From Azolla caroliniana (Eukaryota > Plantae > Polypodiophyta): a stretch of 64,000 nucleotides of DNA. Shown here piece by piece: positions 50,119-61,848 of the stretch. The notes beneath the pieces are model-generated. The model was not told where the DNA came from, made no database searches, and saw nothing but the letters and a program-made list of their open reading frames with translations. Positions within the stretch are counted from its first letter, which is position 1; each line of letters starts with the position of its first letter. The DNA lies in the NCBI GenBank assembly GCA_043228905.1, contig JBHGNT010000009.1:4526001-4590000 (forward strand). The letters run 5' to 3'. Made by a program: the position numbers and the translations under genes.

Positions 50119-53100
50119 TCATGTTCCGTTGTCACTTTGGAGGACCATGGATTCTAGGGCTATGGAGGCCTCCTTTATAGAAGGCCGAAGTTCTGAAACC
50201 TCAACTGTACAAGCCATAGCAAGCTCTACAAACTTGAGAAGTTGTAATTCTTTTCCCATTTCCACACTTTCCTTCACAACATCATGATAAGCCTCATGAA
50301 CTCTCTTTTCTTTTATTAGAGAACTCACCCATTCCACCACAGTGTAGGACTCACATTCACTCACTTGTCCTTTGTTTATGCATGAATTCATGTGAGTTAT
50401 AATGGGTTGTCTCCCAGTGATAAGTTCTAACATGACTACACCAAAGCTATATACATCACCCTTTGTTGTTGCCCTCCAAAATTGGCAATATTCTGGGGGA
50501 ACATACCCCAATGTGCCTGCCACGGCTGTGCTCACATGAGTAGTCCCAGGATCGAGCTCTCGTGCTAGTCCGAAATCTGCCAAATATCCATGGAATTCCT
50601 CATCCAATAATATATTGCTTGCTTTAATATCCCTATGTATAAGTGCTGGAAAACAATCATGATGTAAATAGGCTAATGCCTTGGCACAATTGCATGCTAT
50701 CCTTAGCCTCATAGGCCATTTTAACATCACTTGCCCTGCTTCCTTTACATGTAGCCAATGGTCTAAGCTCCCATTGCATAGATACTTGTATATGAGTAAC
50801 TTTTCGGATTTGAAAGTGCAATATCCGAGCAACGGCACAAGGTTCTCTTGTGAAATGGTGCCCAACGTTTCCATCTCATTGAAGAACTCTTTGTTTCCTT
50901 GGATCCCATGGTGTGAAAGCTTCTTTATAGCCACTATTGAACCATCAGGTAGCTCTGCTTTGTACACTATCCCAAATCCTCCACACCCAAGAACATTGTC
51001 TTCATGAAAGTTGTTTGTTAATGAGATAATGTCTTGGTAAGTCAGTTGGTTTAGCTCGGTTGGTGGGGATGCTTCCCTTTTGAACATATAAGATGTGGAT
51101 GCAGCCTCATTATCTTCATCAATGCAACACATCTTCTTGGTGTGAAAGGCCTCATAGGCATGCTTCATAGCACAGTACCGTCTCATTGTATAAAACCCCA
51201 CTCCGATGCATAGTAAAAACGCAAATATGATGATGGCTATAACCAAGTACCTAACATTAAACTCTGTACTTGTAGGTGCATTCACGCTAGCTGCATTGGT
51301 TGAGTCATTTGAAGGAGTATCAAGACAGTATGGTATGGTTAATTGAGATGCATTTATTCTCGATCCGGAAACCACATCAAAGCAAAGAAGAGGGTTATTA
51401 AGGTATGAATCCATGCTGAAAGTGAGGAACTGGCCATTGGATGGTATGGGCCCACTAAGATAAGGGTTGAAAGAAACATTGAACATAGAGAGTTGGCTCA
51501 AGTTTCCTATAGATTTAGGAAGAGGGCCACTAAAATTGTTGTATGATAGATCGAGCAATGCTAGGCATGTGTCATCACTGATAGCCGACGGAATCTCACC
51601 CTGAAGATTGTTATGGGAAACATTTAAATATCTCAATGGGAGTTCTCCTAACCCCCCAGGCAAACTCCCGTTGAACTTGTTGGAACCAAGTAGCAAAATT
51701 GTGGTACGGTTTTGCTGTAGAATCGATGGTATCGAGCCTGTGATCATATTGTCCGTAAGCTGTATGTACCCACCAGGATTCTCTTGGCATGAAGAGAGCA
51801 CGTAAGAGCCTACCAAGAGATCTATCCATAAGGATTTGCACCTTGTGCTATCCTGAATGTTGGCATATTGGAAGCTATAAGGTGGGTAATCTTCTGGAAT
51901 CCATCTCTTCATCATAAGACACTCTCCCAATGCCTCCGGTGGATTCATATTGTCTCGATTCAAATTCATTATTTGGCTCGGATCGCGGCCCATTGTCGCC
52001 AACCCAGGTGGTAGTGTCCCTGTTAAACGGTTGCTCCGGAGGTTCAACCATAGTAAGCTAGTGCAGTTTCCGAGTTCAGTAGGTATTTCTCCGGTTAAGG
52101 TGTTATTTGCAAGCATAAGCCATAGTAAGTCTTGAAGTTTTCCTATAGTTGGTGGAATTGAACCTGATAGGTGATTCGATGAGAGGTCGAGAAACTGGAG
52201 GTTTGTTAATTGACCCAATTCTGGGGGTATTCCTCCAGAAAAACTATTTGAGGCAAGCAAGAGGAATGCAAGAGAGGAAAGGTTACTAAAAGAGGATGAA
52301 ATTGATCCCGAGAGTGTATTGTTGCTAAAGTCAATAAACGTAAGGTTTGGGGCATCGAAAAGAGTGTCGGGGATTGTACCTTGAAAAGCATTGGAATGAA
52401 GCACTACGTATTTCAAAGAGGGCATTTCATTGAAAAAACTAGGCAGGTTACCATAGAGATTATTATCATTGAGATCAAGCAGCACTAGGTTCTTGCATTT
52501 TGATAACTCCCAAGGAATGACATTGGTAAGTTTGTTTGATCCTGCTAATAACCATTTGAGGTTAGTGAGGTTCCCAAGCTCGATCGGGATCGATCCTGTG
52601 AGCTCATTTTCGGAGAGGTTTAACACTTCTAATGCACTAAGATTGCTTATAGAAGATGATATGTTTCCTACGAATCGATTGTCTGACAAGTCGATATACG
52701 TGAGGGATGGCATTTCGGAGAATCCCAGAGGCAGTAACGAACCGTCGAATTGATTATGACTTAGATCCAATGTCTTTAAGCCGATACAGGTATTCCAAGG
52801 TTGGGATGGTAAGTCAAAAAAAGAGTTGAAGGATAGGTTCAGGATTTGAAGATGAGTGCAATCCATGGGGATGGCTTGGCTGACACTAGAGCTAATGTTG
52901 TTACTACCCAAATGAAGGAATTCAAGATTGGAGAGGAGAGAGAGGTTGCTCTGTGGGTATAACGAGGTGAGATTGTTAAACGAGAGGTCGAGCGAGGTGA
53001 GCGCAATCGAGCTCGAGATGTCTTGGGATATGGAACCTTGTAGAGAGTTATGTGACAAGTTGAGGTTGTAGAGGTATGTGAGGTTGGAGAAACCAAGGCT

Positions 53101-53535
53101 CATGGTAGATATGTCATTCGATATATTGAGAAATGAGAGGTCTATGGCGGTAACCCGAGGCGAGGTCGATGTCGTGGTCACATTTTGGCATGTGACTCTA
53201 CTCCATCCACAAGGGCCAATGGTGGTATTTGAACTATTACCGGAATTCGTACCTGTAGCAATCCAATCGCTAACGTTCGAGGATTTGAAAGATAGACTAG
53301 ATTGTTGAAGTAAAGACTTGATTTGGAGGAGGATTTGCTCATCTTCGAGAAGCGAAGAAGAAGAGGAAGCGGATGCATATTGGAGGGTTGACGAATGTGA
53401 GCAAAGATTATGGGAAAGGATAATGAAAAGGACAAAGGAGGAGGGATTTGGTAAGATTGGTGAGGGGATAAGCCGCCGGAGGGAAGGTAGTAGTAGCAAG
53501 TGAATGAAGAAGAAGAAGAAAACAATGGGTATCAT
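50119..53535 (-). CDS. NILR1: LRR receptor-like Ser/Thr kinase, LRR-X island-domain type, NILR1/At1g74360-like, 1138 aa, intronless
   Basis: Signal peptide, N-cap 'PCGWSRVTC', about 20 plant LRRs, island 'GECLMMKRWIPEDYPPYSFQY', C-cap 'SYLNNPLLC', TM 'YLVIAIIIFAFLLCIGVGFY'. Kinase motifs 'GCGGFGIVYKA', 'VAIKKL', 'HRDIKASN', 'DFGLAR', 'GTLGYVPPEYCQFWRATTKGDVYSFG'. RLK identity is very secure; NILR1 orthology is inferred from recalled motifs. Confidence 0.88.
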   Translation of the reverse strand: MIPIVFFFFFIHLLLLPSLRRLIPSPILPNPSSFVLFIILSHNLCSHSSTLQYASASSSSSLLEDEQILLQIKSLLQQSSLSFKSSNVSDWIATGTNSGNSSNTTIGPCGWSRVTCQNVTTTSTSPRVTAIDLSFLNISNDISTMSLGFSNLTYLYNLNLSHNSLQGSISQDISSSIALTSLDLSFNNLTSLYPQSNLSLLSNLEFLHLGSNNISSSVSQAIPMDCTHLQILNLSFNSFFDLPSQPWNTCIGLKTLDLSHNQFDGSLLPLGFSEMPSLTYIDLSDNRFVGNISSSISNLSALEVLNLSENELTGSIPIELGNLTNLKWLLAGSNKLTNVIPWELSKCKNLVLLDLNDNNLYGNLPSFFNEMPSLKYVVLHSNAFQGTIPDTLFDAPNLTFIDFSNNTLSGSISSSFSNLSSLAFLLLASNSFSGGIPPELGQLTNLQFLDLSSNHLSGSIPPTIGKLQDLLWLMLANNTLTGEIPTELGNCTSLLWLNLRSNRLTGTLPPGLATMGRDPSQIMNLNRDNMNPPEALGECLMMKRWIPEDYPPYSFQYANIQDSTRCKSLWIDLLVGSYVLSSCQENPGGYIQLTDNMITGSIPSILQQNRTTILLLGSNKFNGSLPGGLGELPLRYLNVSHNNLQGEIPSAISDDTCLALLDLSYNNFSGPLPKSIGNLSQLSMFNVSFNPYLSGPIPSNGQFLTFSMDSYLNNPLLCFDVVSGSRINASQLTIPYCLDTPSNDSTNAASVNAPTSTEFNVRYLVIAIIIFAFLLCIGVGFYTMRRYCAMKHAYEAFHTKKMCCIDEDNEAASTSYMFKREASPPTELNQLTYQDIISLTNNFHEDNVLGCGGFGIVYKAELPDGSIVAIKKLSHHGIQGNKEFFNEMETLGTISQENLVPLLGYCTFKSEKLLIYKYLCNGSLDHWLHVKEAGQVMLKWPMRLRIACNCAKALAYLHHDCFPALIHRDIKASNILLDEEFHGYLADFGLARELDPGTTHVSTAVAGTLGYVPPEYCQFWRATTKGDVYSFGVVMLELITGRQPIITHMNSCINKGQVSECESYTVVEWVSSLIKEKRVHEAYHDVVKESVEMGKELQLLKFVELAMACTVEVSELRPSIKEASIALESMVLQSDNGT

Positions 53536-56415
53536 TGTAATACAAGAGGATTGGGTGGATGAATTAACTTACCATATCAATGGTGATGCTCATAGATTAG
53601 ATACATATTGTTGTTATTGTTAGTATTATTAGCATTGGAAGAAGAAGATGATGATGAAGAAGAAGCCATAGTCCAAATATGGCTTTCTCTGTTTATAATA
53701 ATAAATGTAATGATTCTTTGTACTTTTATTTTTGCATTATGGGTGAAGAGTCAGCCAGCACTAAATATTTTTTTTTTTGCCTTTGACTTTGTCAAATGCT
53801 TTGACTCGGGAGAGTATTGTTTTCTACTTTACCCACATTAATGGGATTCCCTTTTTTTCCCTTACTTCCCACTGTGCTTTTTTTCTTTACTTCTCTGATC
53901 ACAAGCCCGCATCGCAGATCAACCGGCCAAGCTTGAGATACGATTATGAATGATTTCTTGTCAAGTGTCTTGTCAAGCAACTTAACACGTCTATAGTTTC
54001 AACTGAGCCGCGGAGTTTTGGTAAAAATGCCTGATTCACGGGCTAGTTGCGATTCTTATTTTCAATGATTCGGTACACATCCCATTATTGTATATTCATT
54101 TGTCTCATGGGCTAACTTTGGTCATTGACGACGCTTTTATATCGTTCTCTTTGAGCTCATGGAGGTTATGTCATTATTGGGTTGGGTTGTATAAGCTTTT
54201 TGCCACAGTAATAATAACAAACCGTGTTTGTTACCCTCTATTATTCAACATATGGCAATATCGATTTTCGTGGTGTTTGTTGACCTCTATTGTTCAACAT
54301 AATCAATTTCCTTGGTAGTGTTTTTGGATGTGTAATGGATTATGATTAGGAGCCTATTATTTATTTTGTAATGGTACAACTACATATACATAAGGCATGT
54401 GATCATGTAAGTTGGTTGTTTCCTAACTTGTATCTCATTTGGGATTTCAGCATAAGGATGTCAAGATAATGTTTTTTGCTACTTAGTTTACCTTGTTAGG
54501 TGTCGAATTGTTGAATGTTACCCTCCCAAAATTTTACTTTTATATCAAGCATAATCTTGGATTACTTTAGAGTTTGAAACTCTCAAGTGTGGTGATTTAA
54601 TTCTTTGACTCTTAAGTGGTACAAACAATTTTTATGATTCCTATGATTTTTTGTTTTTCTGGCTAATTCTACCATGGAGAAAAAAATCATGTGATTGATT
54701 GGCTTGTACACCAAGGCATTTGTTATGATAGAAAAAGTCAAGACCATGTATGAGTTTGTTTTCTTGGAATCTTATATATTGCCAATGTCAAGGTGATATC
54801 ACATTGGTCTAGTCCCCACACATCTAGTGGAAAAATGAGGCATATCCATTGAGACAACTTGGGGAGGTTGAACGAAGGTGGTCACGATTGTTGAGATTTT
54901 GCGTTTCTTTTTCTCTCTCCAAAAACTTACGATAATTCGATGCATATGACCCTAGAATAGTACTCTTATCATGAATTAGTGCATATGATCCAAGAATAGT
55001 GTGCTTAGAATCATTATAGCTCAACACTTATTGCATTCCTACCAAAGAATTTGGAGGTTGGCCAAGTGGTATGTTTTCAATAATGCACAATCATTTAAAT
55101 GTTCAAAATCTGTCATGGTTCAACACTTAATGTTCCCTTAACAATGAGTTTTGAGAAGTGGCATTGGCTAGAATGCAAAATGTACAATAATTCTCTACCA
55201 ACTAGATGTGTCCTCATGACCCATATCTTGGGACTTAGGAGGGAAGAAAAGTCACAATCTTAATTCAATAATATGGTAAGTTTTCCTAAATTCCATGATT
55301 ATTGACGAATCATTAATCCTAATAAAATATAATAGTTTGGACTTCTCGTCACGAGATGGGATACATTTCAAAGATTCTTAGATAAGATAGAGAAACAAAT
55401 TGCTTGATTTGTAGTAAAACAATACTGCCCCAACATTGCATGGAAGTAAATCCACACTATAAGTGTACATTTGAAAACGAAAGGTTGATCAATAACGAAA
55501 TGGTAGGAATAGGATATATAGCTAGTCATGGCAAGTAGTGTCACATTGTGCTCTGCATTTAATGTCTTGTTTATTTTTATGGCTATTAAGACTCCTCTAT
55601 TGATAAATGAATAGGTTTGAACTTTGTAGGTGTGTTATAAAATCTATTCATGAGGAAATTATTTTATAAATTAGTTTGCCAACTGTCGTTTTTAGGGGAG
55701 TTTTTTAAATACTAATTGGCCGAGGTTTCTTTTTTGCAAGCATGAAATAATAGGAAATTATAACACAACATGACATACATATTTAAAATATAATGGTAGG
55801 ATGGTCACCATATATTATTCAATGCAAGAATTCCTACAAAGATTTTGTTTGTCTTCATTGATGTTTCTAACCAACAATTTTGAAAAAATTGATCAATCTT
55901 TTGGTGAACGAGGACATATCTTTTTGGCCTATTACAGTTATACACAAAGTCTTGTAAATAAAAACGCTGAAAATACAAGCTTTTGCGTCCTTTTTAAATC
56001 AACATTTGACCTTTGAATCAACAATGTTTTGTCTTGATTTCCATTTTGTCGCACCAACTTTGTTATCAATATGAAATGTTAGTTTTTATCATTTGGGATT
56101 CAGCTAAGCATGGGGCTAAAGGCTTATATAGCAATTCAGATTTTCATTTTATTGCTTCATCGATATATCGATCAATCCTTTTCATGTTGTATTTGTATTC
56201 CTTTTTTGCATGCATGTCATGTAGTTTAATTGGTATATACATTTTATGCTATGATACATTACATTTACCTCCTTATTTTGAACTATTACCTCGACTAGGG
56301 TTTTTGAAACCCTATAAATATATTGTTTACATATCAATCATCGTGCGAAGATAACAATATTATTTATTGTTAGTATTTAGATGGGCATATTCATTGGTAA
56401 TATGATCCTATTATT

Positions 56416-56881
56416 TAATGATGATCTGGTTTAATCTTATTTCTACGTTGCGAGGTGAGTTTGAAAGTCTTCAAGGGCCATCTGATGCAAGTGAAGAAGC
56501 TAGAGCTCGATTCCTTCGGAAATGGAGCGGTTCGCCGATGCTGCAGATAATGGATGGTAAAGTGAAGTGGAATTATCAACCACCGCGGTGGCTGTCCCCT
56601 CCAAGTGTTCCTAACATCTAGATGGGTGCTGCCATGAGGAGCAAATGGAGGACATCTATGCTGAATTCTATTTTGTATGAGGCTCACGTGGAGAATATGT
56701 GTTCGAGTAATGCTATACACATAGAATGATGTGGTGTTTTGGAGTTGTTTTTTTATGTTGTTTCATCTTCACATTGTTCTCCTTTGACATGTAAGATGTC
56801 TTGTAAGATATGAGTTGTAAATGATTCCTTTGTACATTCTTAACTAATGGAAGTAGATGTTTTTTTTGAAAAAAAAAAAAA
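56416..56881 (+). mobile_element. 5'-truncated LINE (non-LTR) insertion with poly(A) tail and 14-bp target-site duplication
   Basis: TSD ATGATCCTATTATT at 56402-56415 and 56882-56895; A-run at 56869-56881. The ORF end 'IWFNLISTLRG...GKVKWNYQPPRWL' resembles the C-terminus of the LINE at 60.7 kb ('DKVEWFYSTPKYL'). Confidence 0.8.
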
Positions 56882-58075
56882 ATGATCCTATTATTATCTT
56901 CTCATCAAATATTCCCCTTTGCATATGGTCTAAAACTCAAGCTACAATCTCTAGTTGTGAACCCTAAGAAATTTAGCTTGTGTTGGCAAACTCTCCTAAA
57001 ATGTTTAGTTCATGTTTGAAATACTGTTATTGTGCAATGCTTTGTTAAAGTATGATAAAATAACATAATTTGGACTTGCCAATGGCAAATCGAATAAACT
57101 TAGCCACTTGGCATTCTGCAAGAAGTGGGGTGGGGGTGTCCTAAATAGTATGCAATGAGTATACATATTTTGAAAGTTTAAAGCCAAGATAGATACAATC
57201 CCTTGAGTGAATTAGACGAGTTCACAAGATGGGGAACCTGAAATAACTTTATAGTAACCTATTAATGATGAAAAAATATAACTCTTCGTAGTATAAAATA
57301 CGGGCATATGTACATACAAACACGCGTACATACACATATTTAATATGGCTACAATCCTAATCCTCTTGTAACAACAACAATGTTATTATTGTTGACAACT
57401 GTCGCCTTCATGGTATTATATTCTCATTAGTGTAATTGCTTTCTTTGGTTATGTGGGGATACAACATTGGGACGATCATCCATCACTATACAACATTTGA
57501 TGATTGTCAAGTGATTAGAATTTATATCACTTGCTCAATTTGTCGAGATTTGAACATTCAAAAGTGATCAACGTGTATACACATTCAAAAGACATTCATC
57601 AATTCTAGTTAATGATATCATTATTTTGAGTCAATCATGACTATTCTTATATTATGGTCTAGGAATATATCTATGTACATTCACTTTCACAATCAAACCG
57701 ATTCTCTACAATCACTTGAATATGAAGAAGAGGCAGAAGTGTCAAGGAGAAATATAGCAAATCCAAGGAAGCAATTTCTTTGAGATTACAATGTCCTTTA
57801 ACATCGATATATTATAGCATACCCAATTTTTAGAATACTTGTTATCAATTTTTTCAATGTGTTGACAAAGACTTTTACTTACATACTTATATATTATGCC
57901 ATGCAAAGACCATTCTTCTCCTCGACGTGTCGTTAGCCTTTCTTCATGTGCTTCTATTATATTGAAACATAAAATATTCTAAACAAATAAAGTGAATTGT
58001 CTAATGATTACTACATATAGCGAAACATGACAATGGCCAAAATATTTTGCAATTGTAAAATTATGCAATCGTAAA

Positions 58076-58420
58076 AGTATATCCTACAGTGTATACATGG
58101 GGTGCAGTATTATGGGCGGTGGTACATGATAAACCTATGGTATATGAACAGGAGGAGGCTGCAGATGCTATTGTAATGAGATATGGTTTGAGGGGGAAAA
58201 AATTGATCCCTTTGAATCCACAAATACAAATTGATAAACCTCAAATATGGCAATTGGTAAGTAGTTACAATTTCGTATATTTGGAAGGCTCGATGATTGA
58301 AGGTATTTCAAAATGTAAAGACCTGCCCAAATAATTTCGGGAATTTGGATAGAGATTGTGCATAATCTCAGAGGGTTGTTTTCTAATACTAATGTAGTAT
58401 CTTTTTTTGGAAAAAAAAAA
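58076..58420 (+). mobile_element. LINE ORF2 3' fragment, same family as 60590-61735, opposite orientation
   Basis: 58076-58292 is a close reverse-complement copy of 60851-61072 ('YTWG.VLWAVVHDKPMVYE.EE.ADAIVMR'). It shares the 3' motif GTTTTCTAATACTAATGTAGTATCTTTTTT followed by an A-run. Confidence 0.8.
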
Positions 58421-60589
58421 TTAAAAAAATGCAATGAGGACTTCGTAAATCGAAAATTATTATCATATATGGTGATAAAAGGAATGAAATACGTTGGTAT
58501 TCTTATGCCAAAAAAGGTTGATTTGTGAAGAATCCATTGTATAATCTTGGTGTGATTTTTACAAAACATCAAGAATACTTGAGCATTTTAAAATTGAAAA
58601 ACTCTCGCAATAGTATGGGTATTTTGAAGACATTGATGGTATGAGTTTTCGTGAAATACTTTTAATATAAGTGTGTTTATGAAAGAGTTTTCAACATTGA
58701 TACCATAACAAAGCCCACATGAGTTCTAGATCATGTCCAACAACCAAATATACAAGTTCTTGATACCCTATATTTGTCACAATATACACAATTATTGCCT
58801 TTGCTTACTACCTTACTAACATAGCTTGTTGTATTACATCGTTGAATGAGCCCCACTAGAGGAGAAGCTATTGGTACATCCCAACTTGAATGCCGATGAA
58901 ATTGTGTTTAGCAATTGGCAACAGTTCAGTTTGAGTTGAACCAATGACAAAAATTGCAACTTAACGACTTAACATAAATCGGTTTGTTACAAGTTTCAAA
59001 ATTCATTTGAGCTTTTATTGGCTTAACGGTTTGTGGGTTAGACGCTTGAAACCAAGACCTAAATGATTTAATGGTTTGTAGCTTAATCGGCTTCCAAATG
59101 CGACTTAAACACCTTAATGGTTTATTGTTATGATATTTTTGAAATATCTATTAAATATGAATTAGCTCGACAAAGTTAGACTTATATAGTGCATTATCAT
59201 AATAAGTTACAACATCGGTCATTCAATATTTTCTTCTTTGCATGACAATTTATAAGAATAAGAATTTTGATTGTAAACTCTTTGTCGAAGAGTTGTCCAT
59301 AAGTTAACGAAAAATATTTGTTTGCATAGAACCACGAAACTACTAAACCAAACCATAAAACTGATCTTTAAATTTAAATGACAAAACCAAATTAGAAAAC
59401 TAGACCTTAAGACTAATGCTCAACAATTTGGTGGCTTAATGGTTTATAAATCTCTTGAACCATTTGGTTTGAGCTTGGAAATTCTTCCAACGGTTTGGTT
59501 TAAATGATTTTGCAGCTTGGTTTGTTTTGGAGTTCAATTTTTTTAAATGGTCTGGTTTGAGAATCCCAAACCAAATTGAATTGTTGCCTATTGCTATTCA
59601 TGCTATGATCGTAGATGGTTGTGAGCTCATGCTTACCATGAGGGGGAGATATTTGAGTAACATTTACCCTATACTCATACAATAGTGGCACATATAGAGA
59701 TAATTCACTTGACCAATTCAATTAGGTAGATTCTCTCGATAGTGATAATTAATAGGGGAGCAATAGTCGGTTATCTAGTTAGGAACCAACAACTTATGTA
59801 CTTATCTAGCAACCATTAATAAACTATTTACCTACTAACCACCTGGTACAAGAACTTGATGGTGAAAAAACAACATTAGTTGTCCACATCTCCATCTAAG
59901 CTCTAATTTGTGAGCACACGGATGGAGAAAACCAATACTTGTGTCATCAATTATAATGATTCAAATTTTTTTCTCTTTACTTTTTTTAGTAAAGATACTA
60001 CAGTAGTAGTAAGAAGCGTCATAAGGTTGTACATGAAATTACATACATATAGGTAATTGCCCCCCTTTTTTTAAAGTGAGGTTAAGTTCTAGGTACCAGC
60101 TTAAATAAATATTTTGGTGTAGAGTAAAACTTCAATAAAATATAAAATATAACATTGTCCCATATAGAATGAGACTTCAAACATTGTCATTTTTCCTATT
60201 GAGCGTCACCTTTTATGTTGACTCTATCTTCAACCTTTGATATATGTTCACCTCCATTGTGCTTCTTCTCTTGTTTGCTTACATGGTATCATAGTGGATA
60301 GGTTGATTGTAGCTAAGTTTATGGGAGAAATCTTTGCAATACTTCACAAGATTATCTATATAACTTTATAATAGTATCATCATATATGACCATCGTCGAG
60401 GTGGCTTAGCTTGATTGTATTGAAGGCAAAAAAGGAAACCAATTCACTTTGGGATGAAGAAGTGAATACAATTATCTACATCCTTAATTAGAGTTACACA
60501 AAGGCTCTTCGGAGGAATGAGACTAGAACAAGCCTATTTGGGTAAGAAACTTTAGTGATGCATTTCAGAACATTTTGATGAAATTTTTT

Positions 60590-61735
60590 TTCTCCCAAAA
60601 AAGATACTACATTAGTATTAGAAAACACCATAAGGCTAAACATACAAGATATACCACCGATCCCATATGTTTTTCTAAATTTTAACCACCGGCTTAAATA
60701 AATACTTTGGTGTTGAGTAGAACCACTCCACCTTATCAAAACGCCATCTATAGAATATACCTATGCCCCAAATGGCATGAAACTCCAAACGCTTAAGTTC
60801 CGCTTGATGCTTATTACCTTTTATACCATCCAAAAACCCTCTAAGATATACGAGCCTTCCAAATATACGAAATTGTAATACTACTTACCAATTGCCATAT
60901 TTGAGGTTTATCAGTTTGTATTTGTGGATTCAGAGTGATCAAATTTTTTTCCATCAAACCATGTCTCATCACAATAGCATCTGCAACCTCCTCATGTTCA
61001 TATACCATAGGTTTATCATGTACCACCGCCCATAATACTACACCCCATGTATACACTGTTGTAGGATATACTAGAGTTAATTTTATGATTCGTTTCCATA
61101 TGTCCAGAGCAAACCCACAACTCCACAAACAATGTTTAACAGTCTCTATTACATCTATACAGAAAGGGCACATCTTGTCTACATTTCCTTTTCGCCACCC
61201 ATTAACTGGTATAACATTATGAACCAACAACCATTGAAAACAAACAAATTTCCTACTCATCTTTATACCCCATAGCCATTTCCAAAATTGTTTGAGATGT
61301 TGTGGAGAAAGTCCATTTCGTCTCCAAACAATATTTGCAGTTGGTTCTTTCCATGATCTAGCACCTAATATTTTCCTACCAATCTTCACAGAATACTGAA
61401 AGAACGACACGTATTTGATGTGATCTTGCACCCACACCTTCCAATACAGTTCTCTAGGATCCCAAGTTAATCTAGATATTGGTCTCCTTTCCATAATCCA
61501 AATCCCCCAAAAATAATTCACCTTTTGAGGATCCGGGTCTAAGACCCAATTTGATCCATCATTTGCAATCACCCTTACTTCTTTATGCAAACAAAACGTA
61601 AACCATAATTTTCATTAGGTGTAAAGATTAGCCTACCATCATCTTGTACATCAAAACTCATACACTCTTGTTCCCCAATATAGGCTTTAACTCCAATTAA
61701 AACATCCAATGGATTTGTAAAGAATCGAGAGTGAT
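60590..61735 (-). mobile_element. LINE ORF2 C-terminal region (zf-RVT-like), truncated and degenerate
   Basis: ORF 60841-61590 with 'FWKWLW..KF..FQWLLVH..IP..CPFC...ETVKHCLWSC..A..IW..YIWKAR', typical of the zinc finger after RT in plant LINEs. A-rich 3' end near 60590. Confidence 0.8.
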
Positions 61736-61755
61736 TCTGTGCAGAGGAAGGACTC

Positions 61756-61777
61756 TGTGTGTGTGTGTGTTGCACGT

Positions 61778-61819
<42 letters not shown>
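61756..61819. repeat. (TG)n/(GA)n microsatellite between the LINE and the gypsy element
   Basis: Perfect dinucleotide runs. Confidence 0.9.
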
Positions 61820-61821
<2 letters not shown>

Positions 61822-61848
61822 CTTAAAACGAGAAACTGTATATTACGT

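Noticed and set aside
58960-59590. Repeated TTAATGGTTT/AAACC motifs as a possible non-autonomous DNA transposon
   Set aside because: Boundaries and TSD could not be identified by eye.
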